Source: Amphiscolops sp. MND2022
Lineage: Eukaryota
Direction: 5' to 3'
Length of the DNA: 64,000 bases
Assembly: GCA_964187785.1 (NCBI GenBank)
Contig: OZ076409.1
Location: 23,004,001-23,068,000 of the forward strand
This document shows, piece after piece, positions 11,022-24,837 of the stretch. How positions within the stretch are numbered: the first letter of the stretch is position 1; every line of letters begins with the position of its first letter. The translations under genes and the position numbers were made by a program. Below the pieces are notes generated by a model, which saw only the letters and a program-made list of their open reading frames with translations, was not told the origin of the DNA and did no database searches.

Positions 11022-13520
11022 TAGGCCTTAGAACTTGAGAATGCTCACCGCAGGGGACATCCACGTGGTCATAGACTCCAGAGTGCGCACACTGATGAAT
11101 GCCTGGATAATTCTCCAACACGCCATCAGTCACGTCTTCAGCAGTGACTTTCACGCCTTCCGGCTCGGGGGCTGCCACTGGTTTGCGAGCCTGGTCGCGG
11201 GTGGGACAGTCCCGGGCAAAATGCCCAGCTTGACCACAATTGAAGCATGCGCCAACGGGTAGGCGTGCCGCAGGCTGCGCTGCTGCCTGATTTGGCGGGG
11301 CATTGCTCGCAGGTGGGGGAGGCATTACTCCTTGAGGTAACACCATTTTGTTGGGGGGTAGTGGCGCGAAGGGATGAGGTCTAGACCTCATTGCTAGTCT
11401 GGGGTCATAGGGTTGAGGGAATTGGTTAGGTTTGGGACGATTGCGCTGCAATTGGCGGGTGGTGAAGCGAAAAGATTCCACCGTAGGTGGTTCGGTCAGG
11501 AAGACTTCCGAGGCATACACTATAGCAAGTTCCCGCCTCAACGCTGGGTCTCGCACGCCCTCCATGAAGCGCTGGAGGATTTCGTAGCGCTTGGTAGTGA
11601 TTGCCTCTTGCGGGAATCCTTGACTTCTAAGACCCTCTAGAGCGTCTAAATACTGCATCCAGTCTTCTTTCTCATATTGAATGCGGCTCTGGAAGGTTTG
11701 TCGTACTTGCATACGATTTCCTCCAGCGCCAAAGCGGCTAGATAACAATTCAAACACCTTCTCGGGGGTGTCACGTTCGGATTCCGCTTTGTTAATGATG
11801 TAATTGCGAGCTTCACCTTCAAGGTGACCAATGATGCTCCAGGCCTGGTCCTCGGCCGAGACCTTGGTTTGCGTTCTCTTCAAGTATCTCTGCATAATAA
11901 GGATCCACCCATCAATAGATCCGTCTTTGGAGCCGCGATACACATTGGGTCTCGCCTGAGCCAAGTCTCTACCGGCGAGCAAAGGCGCTAACTCTTTTGA
12001 CATTGCCTTTGATATGGCGGCCGTGAATCTCAGCTGCTCAGGGGATATGGTTTCTCCTTCTTCGACCTTAGTCTCCCCCTCACGCGTCCTGTCATGACTA
12101 CCAAGAGTGGCTTGTATTGACAGGTCAGCGATTTCGCCCTTCTTGCGAGTGCTGCTAGCACAGGAAGTGCCCGAGGGCAGTCCATTATCGGCTGACAAGT
12201 CTGCGGTCAAGTATAAGGAGTCTGGCCCTGACATCGAAATAGGGGCTGTTGCAAACGTTGCTCCCTCGGTTTGAGAACCTAGGGTTGCCTTAGTGTTGGA
12301 TAAGTCGACTTCAATCGAAGAATCAAGGTAGATTGTTGACATCGGATCTACGCCTTGATCACGAGTAGTGCTCTGGGCTGCAGAGGGCATTGATGACTCT
12401 GCTGAGTCGTGATGTCCTCTCATCTGCACTCGTGCAGGCTTGGGCTCTGCATCAGGCGTGGCTATCACCAAATTTCCGGCTACTTCTTCATCTTTCCGAG
12501 TCGCAGGTACCGCCGGCCTGGAATTGCTAGGCTTCAACGCACTTGGCACTTCCGGTTTCACTACTTGGCTCGGGTACGTCGGCTCTGAGACACGGACTGG
12601 ACCTCCATTCCGCACACCTCCACTTCACTGGGCTGCCGCGGGAGTGACCTCTCGCGCCTCATGACATCAATGGCAATGAGTACTGTGTGCATCTGATTGC
12701 TTAAGTCGTTGATCTGCGTTTCCACGCGCAACTCGCGAGCCATCAACATATCATTCATCTCTCCCATCCGGTGACCCAAGGTGTCCACTCGAGCATTTTG
12801 CACGTTCTGCGCGGTACGCAATTGATCACTGACTTGCAGGCCCTCACGGATCGTCGTCTGCATCACTTTAATATTTTCCACGATGGCAAGATGTTGCTCA
12901 TTGCACTCAGCACGAGTGCTGGCCAGACCTGCTAAAGCCCGTTGGGTTTCGGCTTGGGCATCCAATAACGCTGCATTGTACACCGAAGACCGTTGCGACG
13001 AGGCCAATGAACCTGTCATACTCCTAACGCGGGACGCCTCCTGACGAGGTTCGCCTGCATTCAGCATGGGTGGTCGCACCTTCTTTTGCTTTCCGTAGGC
13101 ACAGACCCGAATAGGTCCTCGAGTGGTCTCGAGTCCTCGCGGTCTCGCGTAACCCATGCCTCCCACATAAGTGAGATCCTGCTCCATGTCGGTCTGTGAG
13201 CCGGGTTGTGCCTCTTCAGCTGGGGGTGCGCGCGAGCACCCTTCCTCAGCCACAAATTCATTGGTTGCGTTCGAATTGGGCCAGCCCTCCTCCACTTCAT
13301 TGGTTTTATCGCGGCAGGTTTCGTCGACCCACTGCTCGGTTCGACGCGAATTCTCGGAAACACTTGAGTTCTCGGAGGGAGGAACCATAGCGGCCAACTC
13401 CTCCTTTCGCTGTTGTTCGATAGTGACTTCATCAGACATGTCGTCTGAAAAACGCGAACCATCCATCGTGACCCACGATTGTGAACATGTATGGGGCACC
13501 GCCATCAGTTCGGTGGCCAA
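10954..13520 (-). pseudogene. gag: Gag with CCHC zinc knuckle, frameshifted near 12600
   Basis: Capsid-like YRGSKDGSIDGW...LEGEAR...FQSRIQ...RFMEGVRD and CFNCGQAGHFARDC; coiled-coil-like N-terminal ORF 12561-13520. Confidence 0.9.
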
Positions 13521-16024
13521 TGCGTTTATTATTAGCGATCGAGTTACCGCTCACGATTACTCGGAAGACTCAAATCAGGTCGCCGAACGCACCAGGGTCT
13601 TCAATTCGAGGCTGATCCCTTGGTCGTCTCGGTGAGCACTTAAGAAAATTAATGTTGCTCAATGTCCAAGATTTTCCGAAACACGTTCTAGAGCTCGTAG
13701 GCTGTTCAAATTTGCACAGCGCTTTCCCACAAGCACACTGGGCCAGAAAATCAACCTGGTTTAGGGCAAAGAGTCTCCGGTCACTCACAGGAAGAATTTC
13801 AAAGAATTTTTGGATTTTCCAAAAATCGCACAACAACACTCAAGAGGCTCGTGTGTGCGCTGGAAGCGCTGTATCAAGCCCAAAATTGACCAGCAGATCT
13901 TAGGTACACGTAGGTTTACGAAAATGAACACAGTTTTGAGCTGCGCCCCTTCTACACAGTTTCACCTAAGTTCACCTAGGTACAGACGTGCGGTACCACT
14001 ATGTACCGAAATACACTGTTTTTTACGTCTTTTTCAAGATTGCGGTCCACTGGAAAGAGCTAGCAAGCTCAAACTCTCTGCAGCAACGTAGGAACTAGCA
14101 CAAATTACAATGGTGGGCTGCAATATAGCCCCACCCTTCAGCCAAGGTGCCCGGGTTACTTGGAAAAATTAAGAAAAAACTGCCTCTTCGCACGCCTTTT
14201 TGGGCTCCACGTTTTTTCTATTCTCTCGACAAGTATCACACAGATCGGCACCAAACTTGGTAGCCTATGCCAGTGGGCACCTACAATGCCACTGAAGTGA
14301 TCGAATTGAAGTGCGAGCGCTTATTTGAGGTTTCGACCCACTATATACGTTGTACACGAAAAAACGCTGTTTTTGACAACTTTTTTCACAAATTGACCAA
14401 GAGGATCACCTCAGAAAGTGATACGGCGGGCAAAATGGGACCAACGTGTTGCCCCACTATCCGTAGCACTGGGATAAACCCTCGATTGGTTGTGCCCGTT
14501 AGGTATAAGGCACTGACAGTCCCGCAGTTTTGGATTTTTTCGGTCTTTTTATGCTTTTCTGAAGTCGAAACGTCAGAGAGCTTTTCTCAACTTTGGTGAC
14601 CGTTACGCTCACCAAATTTTCAGCACTAACGTTAATTTTGGTGGTGATTACGAAAATGCAACCACCTTTTGGCTAGGGTTCAGGAATCAATGACCCGACC
14701 CTAGTTCAGAGACTGTCCGGTTTTGTGGAAGATTGATCAAATTCAGTGCGTTTTTCCACTTTTCTCGGCACTGAATGGGAATTTTCACACGCGGTTTTCA
14801 CCACCATGCGTCGTTTTTGCTGCTAAAATTGAAAATGAGAGCGCTCAAGCCCGCTCTCTTCGAATAAGCTTTGCTCTGGATGCTTTCGGATAAAGCACTT
14901 TCTCTGCTCGAAAATGCCAAAAATCACAGGTTTTTCGCACTGTGTCAGCCCCAGGCTGCCTGAGTCCGCTACAAAAGTTGCAGTTAGTATCCTGAAGGTC
15001 AACTACACTTGAAGCAATGCCGCCGTACACTGCTATTTTGCACTTCCATACTCGTGTACGTTTACATTTTAGGTGCCTTTTTGGCCAAATTTCCACTTTT
15101 TCCACACTTTTCGGCGTCAAACTGGCACTTTTATCACAATCAAAGGCTTCAAATTCGCTTTTCGTGCCTCGTGCCGGCTTTCTCGAGCCTTGCAGCTGCT
15201 TTTTCAAAACTTTCTACCAAGTTTTCCTGGCTTCTTTGAGCACTAGTGCTCGAAACCAAGAAAAACACCAAAAAAACGCAAAAATGAGGTTTTTTTCTCC
15301 AAGTGCTATCTTTTTCACAGAAAAGCACTTCGTAGGGTGTCGTTACATTTATGGTAGAACGTTACTGACCTGCACCAACAATTCTCCATCGAAAGAGGTG
15401 TGTTTTCAAAATTTTCGCCAACCATACTCCATCTGAGCGACACATCTGGTCATCGGGGGTGTATCTTCACCACGTTATTTCTCCACATCTAGACCAGACA
15501 GAAACATGCGGGTGGGACCATTAGCACCGTCTATCGTTGCACTTGCTGTCCACCAAAAACCATGCCTCTAGGACGTCTCCACGAGAAATGGGAATAGGAA
15601 GTAGGCACCACGAGATTTGTCCCCTCCTTCGCCTCGCTGGAATATGGTCGACCATCCATCCGTTACCCTCTTGCATGGCATAAAATGGCTGAAAATAGCT
15701 CAAAAAACCTGTTAGACACCCGTAGCCACGTGCTACGGTCCTCTGCACCTGCAAAAAGGTACCCGCTGATGGGTACACAACACATCACACATAAAGAGCG
15801 ATTTCCTTCTAAAATGCCCAAAAATACCATTTTCACACCTGAAAACACGATTTCTTCGGCACTTTCTCTGGTTCAACGCCTCTCCCAGTTCCAGTAAGAC
15901 GTAATACGACTAAAAAAGGTAAAATTCTGCTTCTCCCTCTTGTCCAGAGTCGAAAACGGGCTTGGCGCTGATCACCAAGGGGCCAGATCTTTTAAAAACT
16001 GCTAGGGAAAGTTTCCCAAGACGA

Positions 16025-16041
16025 TCCCTCTGTGGTAGCCA
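16025..16041 (-). promoter_or_regulatory. Putative primer-binding site (tRNA-Arg-like), 15 nt from the LTR
   Basis: Minus strand TGGCTACCACAGAGGGA; a near-identical motif sits at the same position in element 2. Confidence 0.65.
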
Positions 16042-16056
16042 AAAAATGAGTTTCTA

Positions 16057-16784
16057 TGTAACGATAAGCGCTGGCGCTTGAACCGCAACTTAGAGTGGAG
16101 GAACTAGAACAGCGAATATAATCTGGGACCTAGATCTCCGCGGCCCTAGCTCCTTTTAGCTCCGAAGGAGCCAGTCCCAAGGTGGGGGAACCGTCTTGTA
16201 GGATACTCTCTGGCCCCGTCCTAGTCTGTAACTGCTAAAAGTAACAGGCATCTTGCATGACTCAAGACCACTGCTCAACTAGCCTTTAAAAATCGGGCTG
16301 AAAATCCGTGAAGGTTGAACCGTAGTATTGGAGAATCTGATAAAATCGCCAAATTGGATAAACAGATGTTAGATAACAGCTCTCGAGCACATTAATTTGT
16401 CACATCGAAAAATACAACAAGAAATCGAGAGTTCAGAGTCATTTGATGGAAATTGACCTCAGCTTCCCAGCGCTAGCGCTAGTTGCCACACAGGATACCG
16501 CAGGAACACTCAGGCGAACATCTGGAACACTGGTTTTCTCTACTGTAGTAACGGATATCTCCTAGAGATGGACACAATACCGTGTTCTGTATGTGTTGGG
16601 GACGTCTTTTAGTCGTCTCCGGTGCTTGTTCGTCGCGAGCGGCGATTTCTGCTTTTTTGGGGTGCTTTTTCTGGCAGGTACTTCGTCTTGAGCATGTTTG
16701 AGTGCCACGTCAAATTTGAACGAATTTTTGACAAAATTTCTAAACATGTCGGTTGATATTGCTGTACCAGAGCTTGCCGTTACA
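16057..16784 (-). repeat. 5' LTR of element 1
   Basis: 728-bp direct repeat of 209-936. Confidence 0.95.
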
Positions 16785-18164
16785 AACTACAACTTACACT
16801 CAGTGACTTTCAAACACAACCAGCTGTGATATTCTTGCCTGAAACTTGGTTGACCAAAAGAGAACTTAGAGCAACTTGGATTTGACGGAAATCAAGGCGA
16901 GGAACCCATGCCTTGGGAACATTCGCAAAAAAGTCGCATTGGGTTGTATTTCAGAAATGACATTTCTTCCGAGGGCGTGACATTTCAGTGCAAAACACAA
17001 TGCGCTATAATGAACACTAAATTTGATGACAAAAGCACGACATCTACACAAAATGGAGGAATCCCAACAAACTCAAAGTCGAGATTTCTCTGAATTGCTT
17101 GTTTCTACTTCGTCCCTATCGTGGTCTGAAACCACAATTCCTAATAAAACTAGCAAAGAAGAAGTAAATAATACAGTCCAAAGTGAAGAATACGTAGATA
17201 AATGGCTCCATATAGTTGGCTGAAAAACTGTTCGACGAAAAGAAACCAATTGTTTCAAAAATGGATTGATAGTTCATCTGAGGAAACGCACAAGCAATAC
17301 ACGAAACTCTGAAATGCAGTTTCAAAAATTCAGAGCGCGAACATAACTTCAATTATGTTAAAAAACCAATTGAATTTCAAAGCCCTAGATGGTAACACGC
17401 AAAATGACCACTTCACAAACATTGGACCAGCTTTGGTCTCAAAGTTCGTTGACTAACAACATAAAATCCCTAGTCTTCAATGCAATCGAAAAACTTGACC
17501 TTTTTTTCTTAACACTAATATTGAAATTCAAAAAAGCATTAGCGAAGTGAAAAATAAAAGGAGAGCTAGTCATGATGGACTTGGTAATGAAATAACTAAA
17601 TGCTGCTCACTTGTAATTGAAGCATACTCAGTGGAACTTTTCAAAAAGTATCTCAAAAAAGAAATCTCAAAAATCCGATTGAAATCAAAATTGCACAAGT
17701 AGTTCCTCCTTCAAAAATTAACCATCTAAGCTTAGACCAATCAGTCATCTAAGCAGCATTAGCAGAATGGCTAATCAATTATATTCAAAGGGACAAATCA
17801 AATACTTTATGCAGTATGATTTTCGAAAAAAAAATAACTCAAGCCCCGAGGCTATCATTGATAGTACAGAATATACGCGAATACGAGAACAATTGGACAA
17901 AAATTGTGAAAAGACACCTTTGTCCGTGACCTCAAAAACGTTTTTGACACGATTGACCACAAGTTTTTCAGGGACAGATAATTTCACTTATCAATAATCA
18001 CTTGGCAGAACGTAAGTAGTATGTTATCTTGATCAAGAAAAGTTCGGATAATAACATTAGGCGGTCCACAAGGCTCTGTACTGTGCACATTCTTGCTTCT
18101 AAAAACATCTTGGACCTGTCAGACGCTTGCGACACCACATTGTTGACAGTGTTTGCTGATGATA
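16785..18164 (+). pseudogene. Decayed L2/CR1-type LINE ORF2 (APE + RT), host of elements 1 and 2
   Basis: Removing element 1 restores FNE-LQLTLSDFQTQPAVIFLPETWL (APE). Downstream remnants TNIGPAL, HDGLGNEITKCC, QYDFR, DL..FDTIDH, GPQGSVL and FADD (18152-18163). RT-like sequence resumes after 24917. Confidence 0.85.
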
Positions 18165-21100
18165 TGTACCGACCGGCTAGCGACGCACATCTAGGAAGAG
18201 GGACAATGCCTATGATGCTTGAACAGGAGACCGTTGTCTTACTACATACCTAGACACTAGTTTTTGATCCCAAAATGGTCTCCTAGGGGGACTTTTCTAT
18301 CGTCTAAGGAAGCTTCTCTAGTTAGAGCTCCGAAGCGACGTGCCGGCACTCTCAAAGTCCTGTAAAAACGAATCCTAAGGTTTCTAGCGTGTTCCCGCGA
18401 CTTCCTACATACTTCCGAGGCCAAAAACAGAGGTTTAGCTAAAGTACATCAATTCTGTGAATAAGATCTAAAATGGGCAAACAGGGATCTAGTAGATCCT
18501 GAAACATCATAAATCTGCGAATTAAAGGGCAGTAGCTCCAAATGCACTGAAAATGATAAAACATGCTGATCTTCATGCAGTTTCCAAAATCTTCGGGCAA
18601 ACCATCGTCGGGTTCTCGATCTCCTTTGGGCCTTCCAGGACATCCTTTGGGGGTATGACACAACCCGTGGTTTTGTTCTCTTTAGCCTCTTCTGGGTTTC
18701 TTCGGGTGTCAGGGACAACGATGTCTGTCTCTCGGGCTGGGGGGTCTGGCTCCGTTCTGTCTTTTTTCGCTTCCTCTTCAGTTTTTGTACCTGCCGGGTC
18801 GGCCATCTTGAATGTGCTTGTTTGATGCCGCACATTTCGAATTTTTGATCGAAATTTTCAAAAACTTCAGCAACGCCGACTGCCGGACGTTACATCCTCC
18901 CCGGGCCGTAGTTTGTCGTCCTCGACAAACGAGAGAGGACGTTCACATCTTGGTTGCCACCATCCAGTGATCCAGTGATACTGTTGCAACATGGTACTTC
19001 AGGAATCTAAATGGAAGTCGTTGCCCAAAAACACGTTATTGCCCAAAAACATAAGTTTTTGCCAGCCTAGCAGGCTTCCTTGGATTCCACATCAACAACG
19101 GGTTCTTGCACTGGAAAAATATTAGCAACTTTAGACACTTAGCCTTGTATTCAAAACAATTTCAAACTTTTAATTTTGCACCAAAATTTCAAAATTCCTA
19201 GTAGCCTATTGCATCTGCATAAAAAGCACTCATCACAATAGGTTTTGCATTGATCAGGGGCCCGCCTGATAGGTTAGGTTTTTACAAAATGCACGATAGC
19301 ACTTGAAAAGCGAAAGATAAAAGTAACAGCTGTGGTCTTTTTTTCTTAACACTAATATTGAAATTCAAAAAAGCATTAGCGAAGTGAAAAATAAAAGGAG
19401 AGCTAGTCATGATGGACTTGGTAATGAAATAACTAAATGCTGCTCACTTGTAATTGAAGCATACTCAGTGGAACTTTTCAAAAAGTATCTCAAAAAAGAA
19501 ATCTCAAAAATCCGAATGAAATCAAAATTGCACAAGTAGTTCCTCCTTCAAAAATTAACCATCTAAGCTTAGACCAATCAGTCATCTAAGCAGCATTAGC
19601 AGAATGGCTAATCAATTATATTCAAAGGGACAAATCAAATACTTTATGCAGTATGATTTTCGAAAAAAAATAACTCAAGCCCCGAGGCTATCATTGATAG
19701 TACAGAATATACGCGAATACGAGAACAATTGGACAAAAATTGTGAAAAGACACCTTTGTCCGTGACCTCAAAAACGTTTTTGACACGATTGACCACAAAG
19801 TTTTTCAGGGAAAGATAATTTCACTTATCAATAATCACTTGGCAGAACGTAAGTAGTATGTTATCTTGATCAAGAAAAGTTCGGATAATAACATTAGGCG
19901 GTCCACAAGGCTCTGTACTGTGCACATTCTTGCTTCTAAAAACATCTTGGACCTGTCAGACGCTTGCGACACCACATTGTTGACAGTGTTTGCTGATGAT
20001 ATGTACCGACCGGCTAGCGACGCACATCTAGGAAGAGGGACAATGCCTATGATGCTTGAACAGGAGACCGTTGTCTTACTACATACCTAGACACTAGTTT
20101 TTGATCCCAAAATGGTCTCCTAGGGGGACTTTTCTATCGTCTAAGGAAGCTTCTCTAGTTAGAGCTCCGAAGCGACGTGCCGGCACTCTCAAAGTCCTGT
20201 AAAAACGAATCCTAAGGTTTCTAGCGTGTTCCCGCGACTTCCTACATACTTCCGAGGCCAAAAACAGAGGTTTAGCTAAAGTACATCAATTCTGTGAATA
20301 AGATCTAAAATGGGCAAAACAGGGATCTAGTAGATCCTGAAACATCATAAATCTGCGAATTAAAGGGCAGTAGCTCCAAATGCACTGAAAATGATAAAAC
20401 ATGCTGATCTTCATGCAGTTTCCAAAATCTTCGGGCAAACCATCGTCGGGTTCTCGATCTCCTTTGGGCCTTCCAGGACATCCTTTGGGGGTATGACACA
20501 ACCCGTGGTTTTGTTCTCTTTAGCCTCTTCTGGGTTTCTTCGGGTGTCAGGGACAACGATGTCTGTCTCTCGGGCTGGGGGGTCTGGCTCCGTTCTGTCT
20601 TTTTTCGCTTCCTCTTCAGTTTTTGTACCTGCCGGGTCGGCCATCTTGAATGTGCTTGTTTGATGCCGCACATTTCGAATTTTTGATCGAAATTTTCAAA
20701 AACTTCAGCAACGCCGACTGCCGGACGTTACATCCTCCCCGGGCCGTAGTTTGTCGTCCTCGACAAACGAGAGAGGACGTTCACATCTGGGTTGCCACCA
20801 TCCAGTGATCCAGTGATACTGTTGCAACATGGTACTTCAGGAATCTAAATGGAAGTCGTTGCCCAAAAACACGTTATTGCCCAAAAACATAAGTTTTTGC
20901 CAGCCTAGCAGGCTTCCTTGGATTCCACATCAACAACGGGTTCTTGCACTGGAAAAATATTAGCAACTTTAGACACTTAGCCTTGTATTCAAAACAATTT
21001 CAAACTTTTAATTTTGCACCAAAATTTCAAAATTCCTAGCACCTTATTGCATCTGCATAAAAAGCACTCATCACAATAGGTTTTGCATTGATCAGGGGCC

Positions 21101-21177
21101 CGCCTGATAGGTTAGGTTTTTACAAAATGCACGATAGCACTTGAAAAGCGAAAGATAAAAGTAACAGCTGTGGTCTT
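17500..21177. repeat. Tandem duplication of ~1837 bp (LINE fragment + LTR + 3' internal region)
   Basis: 17500-19339 is ~99% identical to 19337-21177; junction microhomology CTT. Confidence 0.93.
18165..18894 (-). repeat. Duplicated 3' LTR of element 2
   Basis: TGTACCGACC...GACGTTACA followed by TCCTCCCC (PPT complement); near-identical to 20002-20732. Confidence 0.92.
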
Positions 21178-23043
21178 GCAAAGTTCATGGCCATCAGAAA
21201 CTGCACAATAACTAGCACCAATGGTGAAACAGGCTTCAAAAAATCAAAAATATCACCAAAAGTGAGGACCCATTTAGTTTATTGTGTTAGCAGTGTACGC
21301 CCAGATATAAGTATTGTCTAGGTAGTACAAGCACCAGTGTATATGCAAGAGATGGAAAGAAACTGCTTTTATAGAGGATGACAATGTCTCTAGCGATGAT
21401 AGAGCAGAACCAATAAAAGTCAAAAATCAGGCATGATAGATCATGAAAACAGTCTTCGGCATTAAAAACAAGTTCCAGAGCAATCATTCGAGTTCTAAAA
21501 GCACGGCCGCAGGCCAAGCAGTTCTCAGAGCTTCGAAGCTCTAGGTGTTTCATCATGCTTGGTGTTAATTTCTCTCGGGAGAGTACGGGTACTCCCCGGG
21601 CCAATCTCTTGTCCGGTGTTTTCACATGGACATGGTTCACGAAACTGTGGTACTGAGTACCAAGGTACGCCTTAGGCATGAATCGAGCATCGAACACTGA
21701 TTTTTTGAGAAGCCTGCTTGGCTACAGATGTTAGATTGTCTGAAAAGTCCATTTGTCATTCATGCTGCCCTGTTTTTGGAGAACACAAGTAGTAACAAAA
21801 ATGTGATTAGAGACTACGGGTAGACCTTGGGGGTGAATAGGAAGAGAGACACTGAGTTTGAAGTGGTTTCTTGCCTTACGATCGTAGTACGATTAGAAAA
21901 AGCGTTCTTTTTCAACTATGGTAGTCACTAGTGTACTTGTTGCTCTGTTTTGAGACGCACTGCGTTCAAAGTTTAAACCTCTAAAAGTGCCTATAAACGT
22001 GCTCCAGCACCCACGGGGTACAAAAAGCATCGCGCATGCATGTTCGCAATGGATCGATTGCACTTGGGTGACTTTGATGGCAGTCAGGAGGCGAATTTCG
22101 ATTTTCGGTTTTTCACCTCTATGTCTCGTAGACCGGATTTCTCAGAGACCCGAGATCTCAGGGTCAGCTTAGCACTAGTCAAAGTGATTCAACAAGACGT
22201 CTTGAGGAGCCTGGTATGCTATTGGGGTCGCCTTGGCACTCACTGGTACGTACACTGACAAAAACTATGTGATTTTTTTGCAAAAGTGCCCAAAATTACC
22301 AATTTTCTCGTTAAGATGCACCTCCGGGGAAGGTGAAAATCACTTCTAGCGCTGCTAGCGACCTGAAAACTTCACACAATTTATTACACTGGCTGAATCG
22401 TGGAGAATAAACATCTGATTGCGACAAAAATGACCCTGTGGGTGTCACGGCCACTTAACAATGTTCACTGAAAATTTGACTATGTCGTGAAATTCACAAA
22501 AAGCGTCAAACTCGCCTTCTAGGCGTCGCAGCCACCTGAAACTTTGCATGCGAGCGTAACTTTTGCCCACGTAACAGAAACACTTGACGGCGAGGTGCTT
22601 GAATCAATATCCGGCGATCCGAGGTGACAAAACCTGGATGGACCAGAGGTATCTCTTTTTCGGGTCAAAATTCACAAAAATGTCAATTTCTCAGCTTTGG
22701 CTCGTAGCCGGCTGCTCAAATTGCACAAATTGTCGGGATCTAGTGCCGTGCGTACAAAAATGCAAGAATTTTAGTGCTGGGATACCTACGAGGTATTGCA
22801 CTATGCTCAACTAAAATTTCATTTTTCCGACATTTTCACACGACTTTTGAGCAAAACTGCGGCAAAGATTTTTCCACGAGTATTAATGGTAGCGGCATCA
22901 AAATCACGCTACTAGCATAACTTTTTGCGCTCTAAACGATGGTGCAATTCGTTTTTAGCTTTTCCTGCTAGGAGAGATGCCGACTTGTCAAAAATATGTG
23001 ATTGCCGAATTCCCAAAATGTCGCTAAAACAGCACGTTTCAAT

Positions 23044-23500
23044 GTTTCAACAATTTAGCCAAACAAGTTTTTCTGTTCCCGACCTAACAGGTCTAATGGA
23101 ACGTTTTTATTGTATTGCCACTGGCCGTACCTTCTTCTGAAAAATTTTGGCTTTCGTAACTAATGATGACCGATAGGCGGCTATTGTATGTAACAATTAA
23201 AATTGGCTGGTAACTTATTCAATTTCAAGTTGGAGGGCCTCACACAACTGCTTGACGATAACGTTTTCTGATATCTGGCTAGGGAAAAAGAGTTTTAGGT
23301 GGCTGCTTCGCCCTCACCATTTTTCGTCTCAAAGTCCAAAGTTGACGTTTTCAAACAAAAATCGCTAAAGTTTTCGGTGTTTTTGACAATTTAGCTGAAC
23401 AAATTTTTTTGTTCCTGACCTGATAGGTCTAACGAAACTTTTTTATTGTATTCCCATTGGCCGTACTATCTTCTGAAAAATTTCGACTTTTAAAAGTAAC
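23044..23500. repeat. Diverged ~120-bp direct repeat inside element 2
   Basis: 23044-23160 resembles 23381-23500 (ACAATTTAGC...AGGTCTAA...TTTTATTGTATT...TGGCCGTAC...TCTTCTGAAAAATTT). Confidence 0.75.
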
Positions 23501-24095
23501 CAAATCGATATTTGAGCCATATAGGGTGTTATGGCTAGCTCGCTATATTTTTTCAGAAAACAATCGAAATATCCAGTGGGTATTTTTCTCAGTTCTTACT
23601 AATGGAAGTACGCCTGGGAATAGGCTTTTAAAGCCACAAAAACAAAAAAAATAGAGATTGTAACCCAGCCGATTCGTAGTGATCCACCAGTGGGTCAAGA
23701 GGGTGTTGCCCTGAAGGACGTCACTCCGTCGTCACAGCTAGTGGAGGCGCTCACACCACGTCCCTGCAGTCCCAATACAATGAGACTACAAAACCCTTTA
23801 AAACAGAATCCGGTTAAGCCGGATGGTTAATCTCGGTAAGCAGAACCGGTGTCAAAACGGTACTTTGCCGAAAGTCAGTTATTTCTCTTTCCAGACCTCG
23901 GAAACATGCAGGAAACGTAGGAACGACACTAGTACAGAGCCCAGAGGGCTAGAAAAAGGCTATAAAAATAATCTAGGAACCTCCTTTTAGCTCTTCCTAG
24001 ATCCGGACCTAACAGGGCCCGAAAGCAGAAGCTGCTCCTACTTGTACGCAAAATGAAAAATAACCCTCTGTGGTCGCAATAAAAACTATTCCAGA

Positions 24096-24837
24096 TGTAA
24101 CGACCGGCTACCGAAGCATATCTAGGAAGAGGGACAATGCCTAGGATGCTTGAACAGGAGACCGTTGTCTTACTACATACCTAGACACTAGTTTTTGATC
24201 CCAAAATGGTCTCCTAGGTGGACTTTTCTATCGTCTAAGGAGGCTTCTCTAGTTAGAGCTCCGAAGCGACGTGCCGGCACTCTCAAAGTCCGGACACACC
24301 CCACAAGCCTGAAAAAACGAATCCTAAGGTTTCTAGCGTGTTCCCGCCACTTCCTACATAATTCCGAGGCCAAAAACAGAGGTTTAGCTAAAGTACATCA
24401 ATTCTGTGAATAAGATCTAAAATGGGCAAAACAGGGATCTAGTAGATCCTGAACCATCATAAATCTGCGAATTAAAGGCAATAGCTACAAATGCACTGAA
24501 AATGATAAAACATGCTGATCTTCATGCAGTTTCTAAAATCTTCGGGCAAACCACGATCTTTTCGATCTCCTTTGAGCCTTCCAGGACATCCTTTGGGGGT
24601 ATGACACAACCCGTGTTTTTGTTCTCTTTAGCCTCTTCTGGGTTTCTTCGGGTGTCAGGGACAACGAGGTCTGTCTCTCGGGCTGGGTCTGGCTCCGTTC
24701 TGTTTTTTTTCGCTTCCTCTTCGGTTTTTGTACCTGCCGGGTCGGCCATCTTGAATGTGCTTGTTTGATGCCGCACATTTCGAATTTTTGATCGAAATTT
24801 TCAAAAACTTCAGCAACGCCGACTGCCGGACGTTACA
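24096..24837 (-). repeat. 5' LTR of element 2
   Basis: TGTAACGACC...GACGTTACA; differs from the 3' LTR by substitutions and small indels. Confidence 0.93.

Larger units (their letters stand above)
209..16784 (-). mobile_element. Ty3/Gypsy-type LTR retrotransposon (element 1), RT/RNaseH deleted, with extra 3' ORFs
   Basis: Two 728-bp direct repeats TGTAACG...CGTTACA at 209-936 and 16057-16784. Minus-strand order is gag-PR-(no RT)-IN. Purine tract next to the 209-936 LTR; AAC on both flanks. Confidence 0.95.

Noticed and set aside
1726..13635. Numerous plus-strand short ORFs within element 1
   Set aside because: Antisense shadows of GC-rich coding sequence.
18573..24776. Recurrent 84-86-aa ORF (MADPAGTKTEEEAKK...)
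   Set aside because: Lies within three copies of the same LTR; recurrence reflects LTR identity and there is no recognisable domain.
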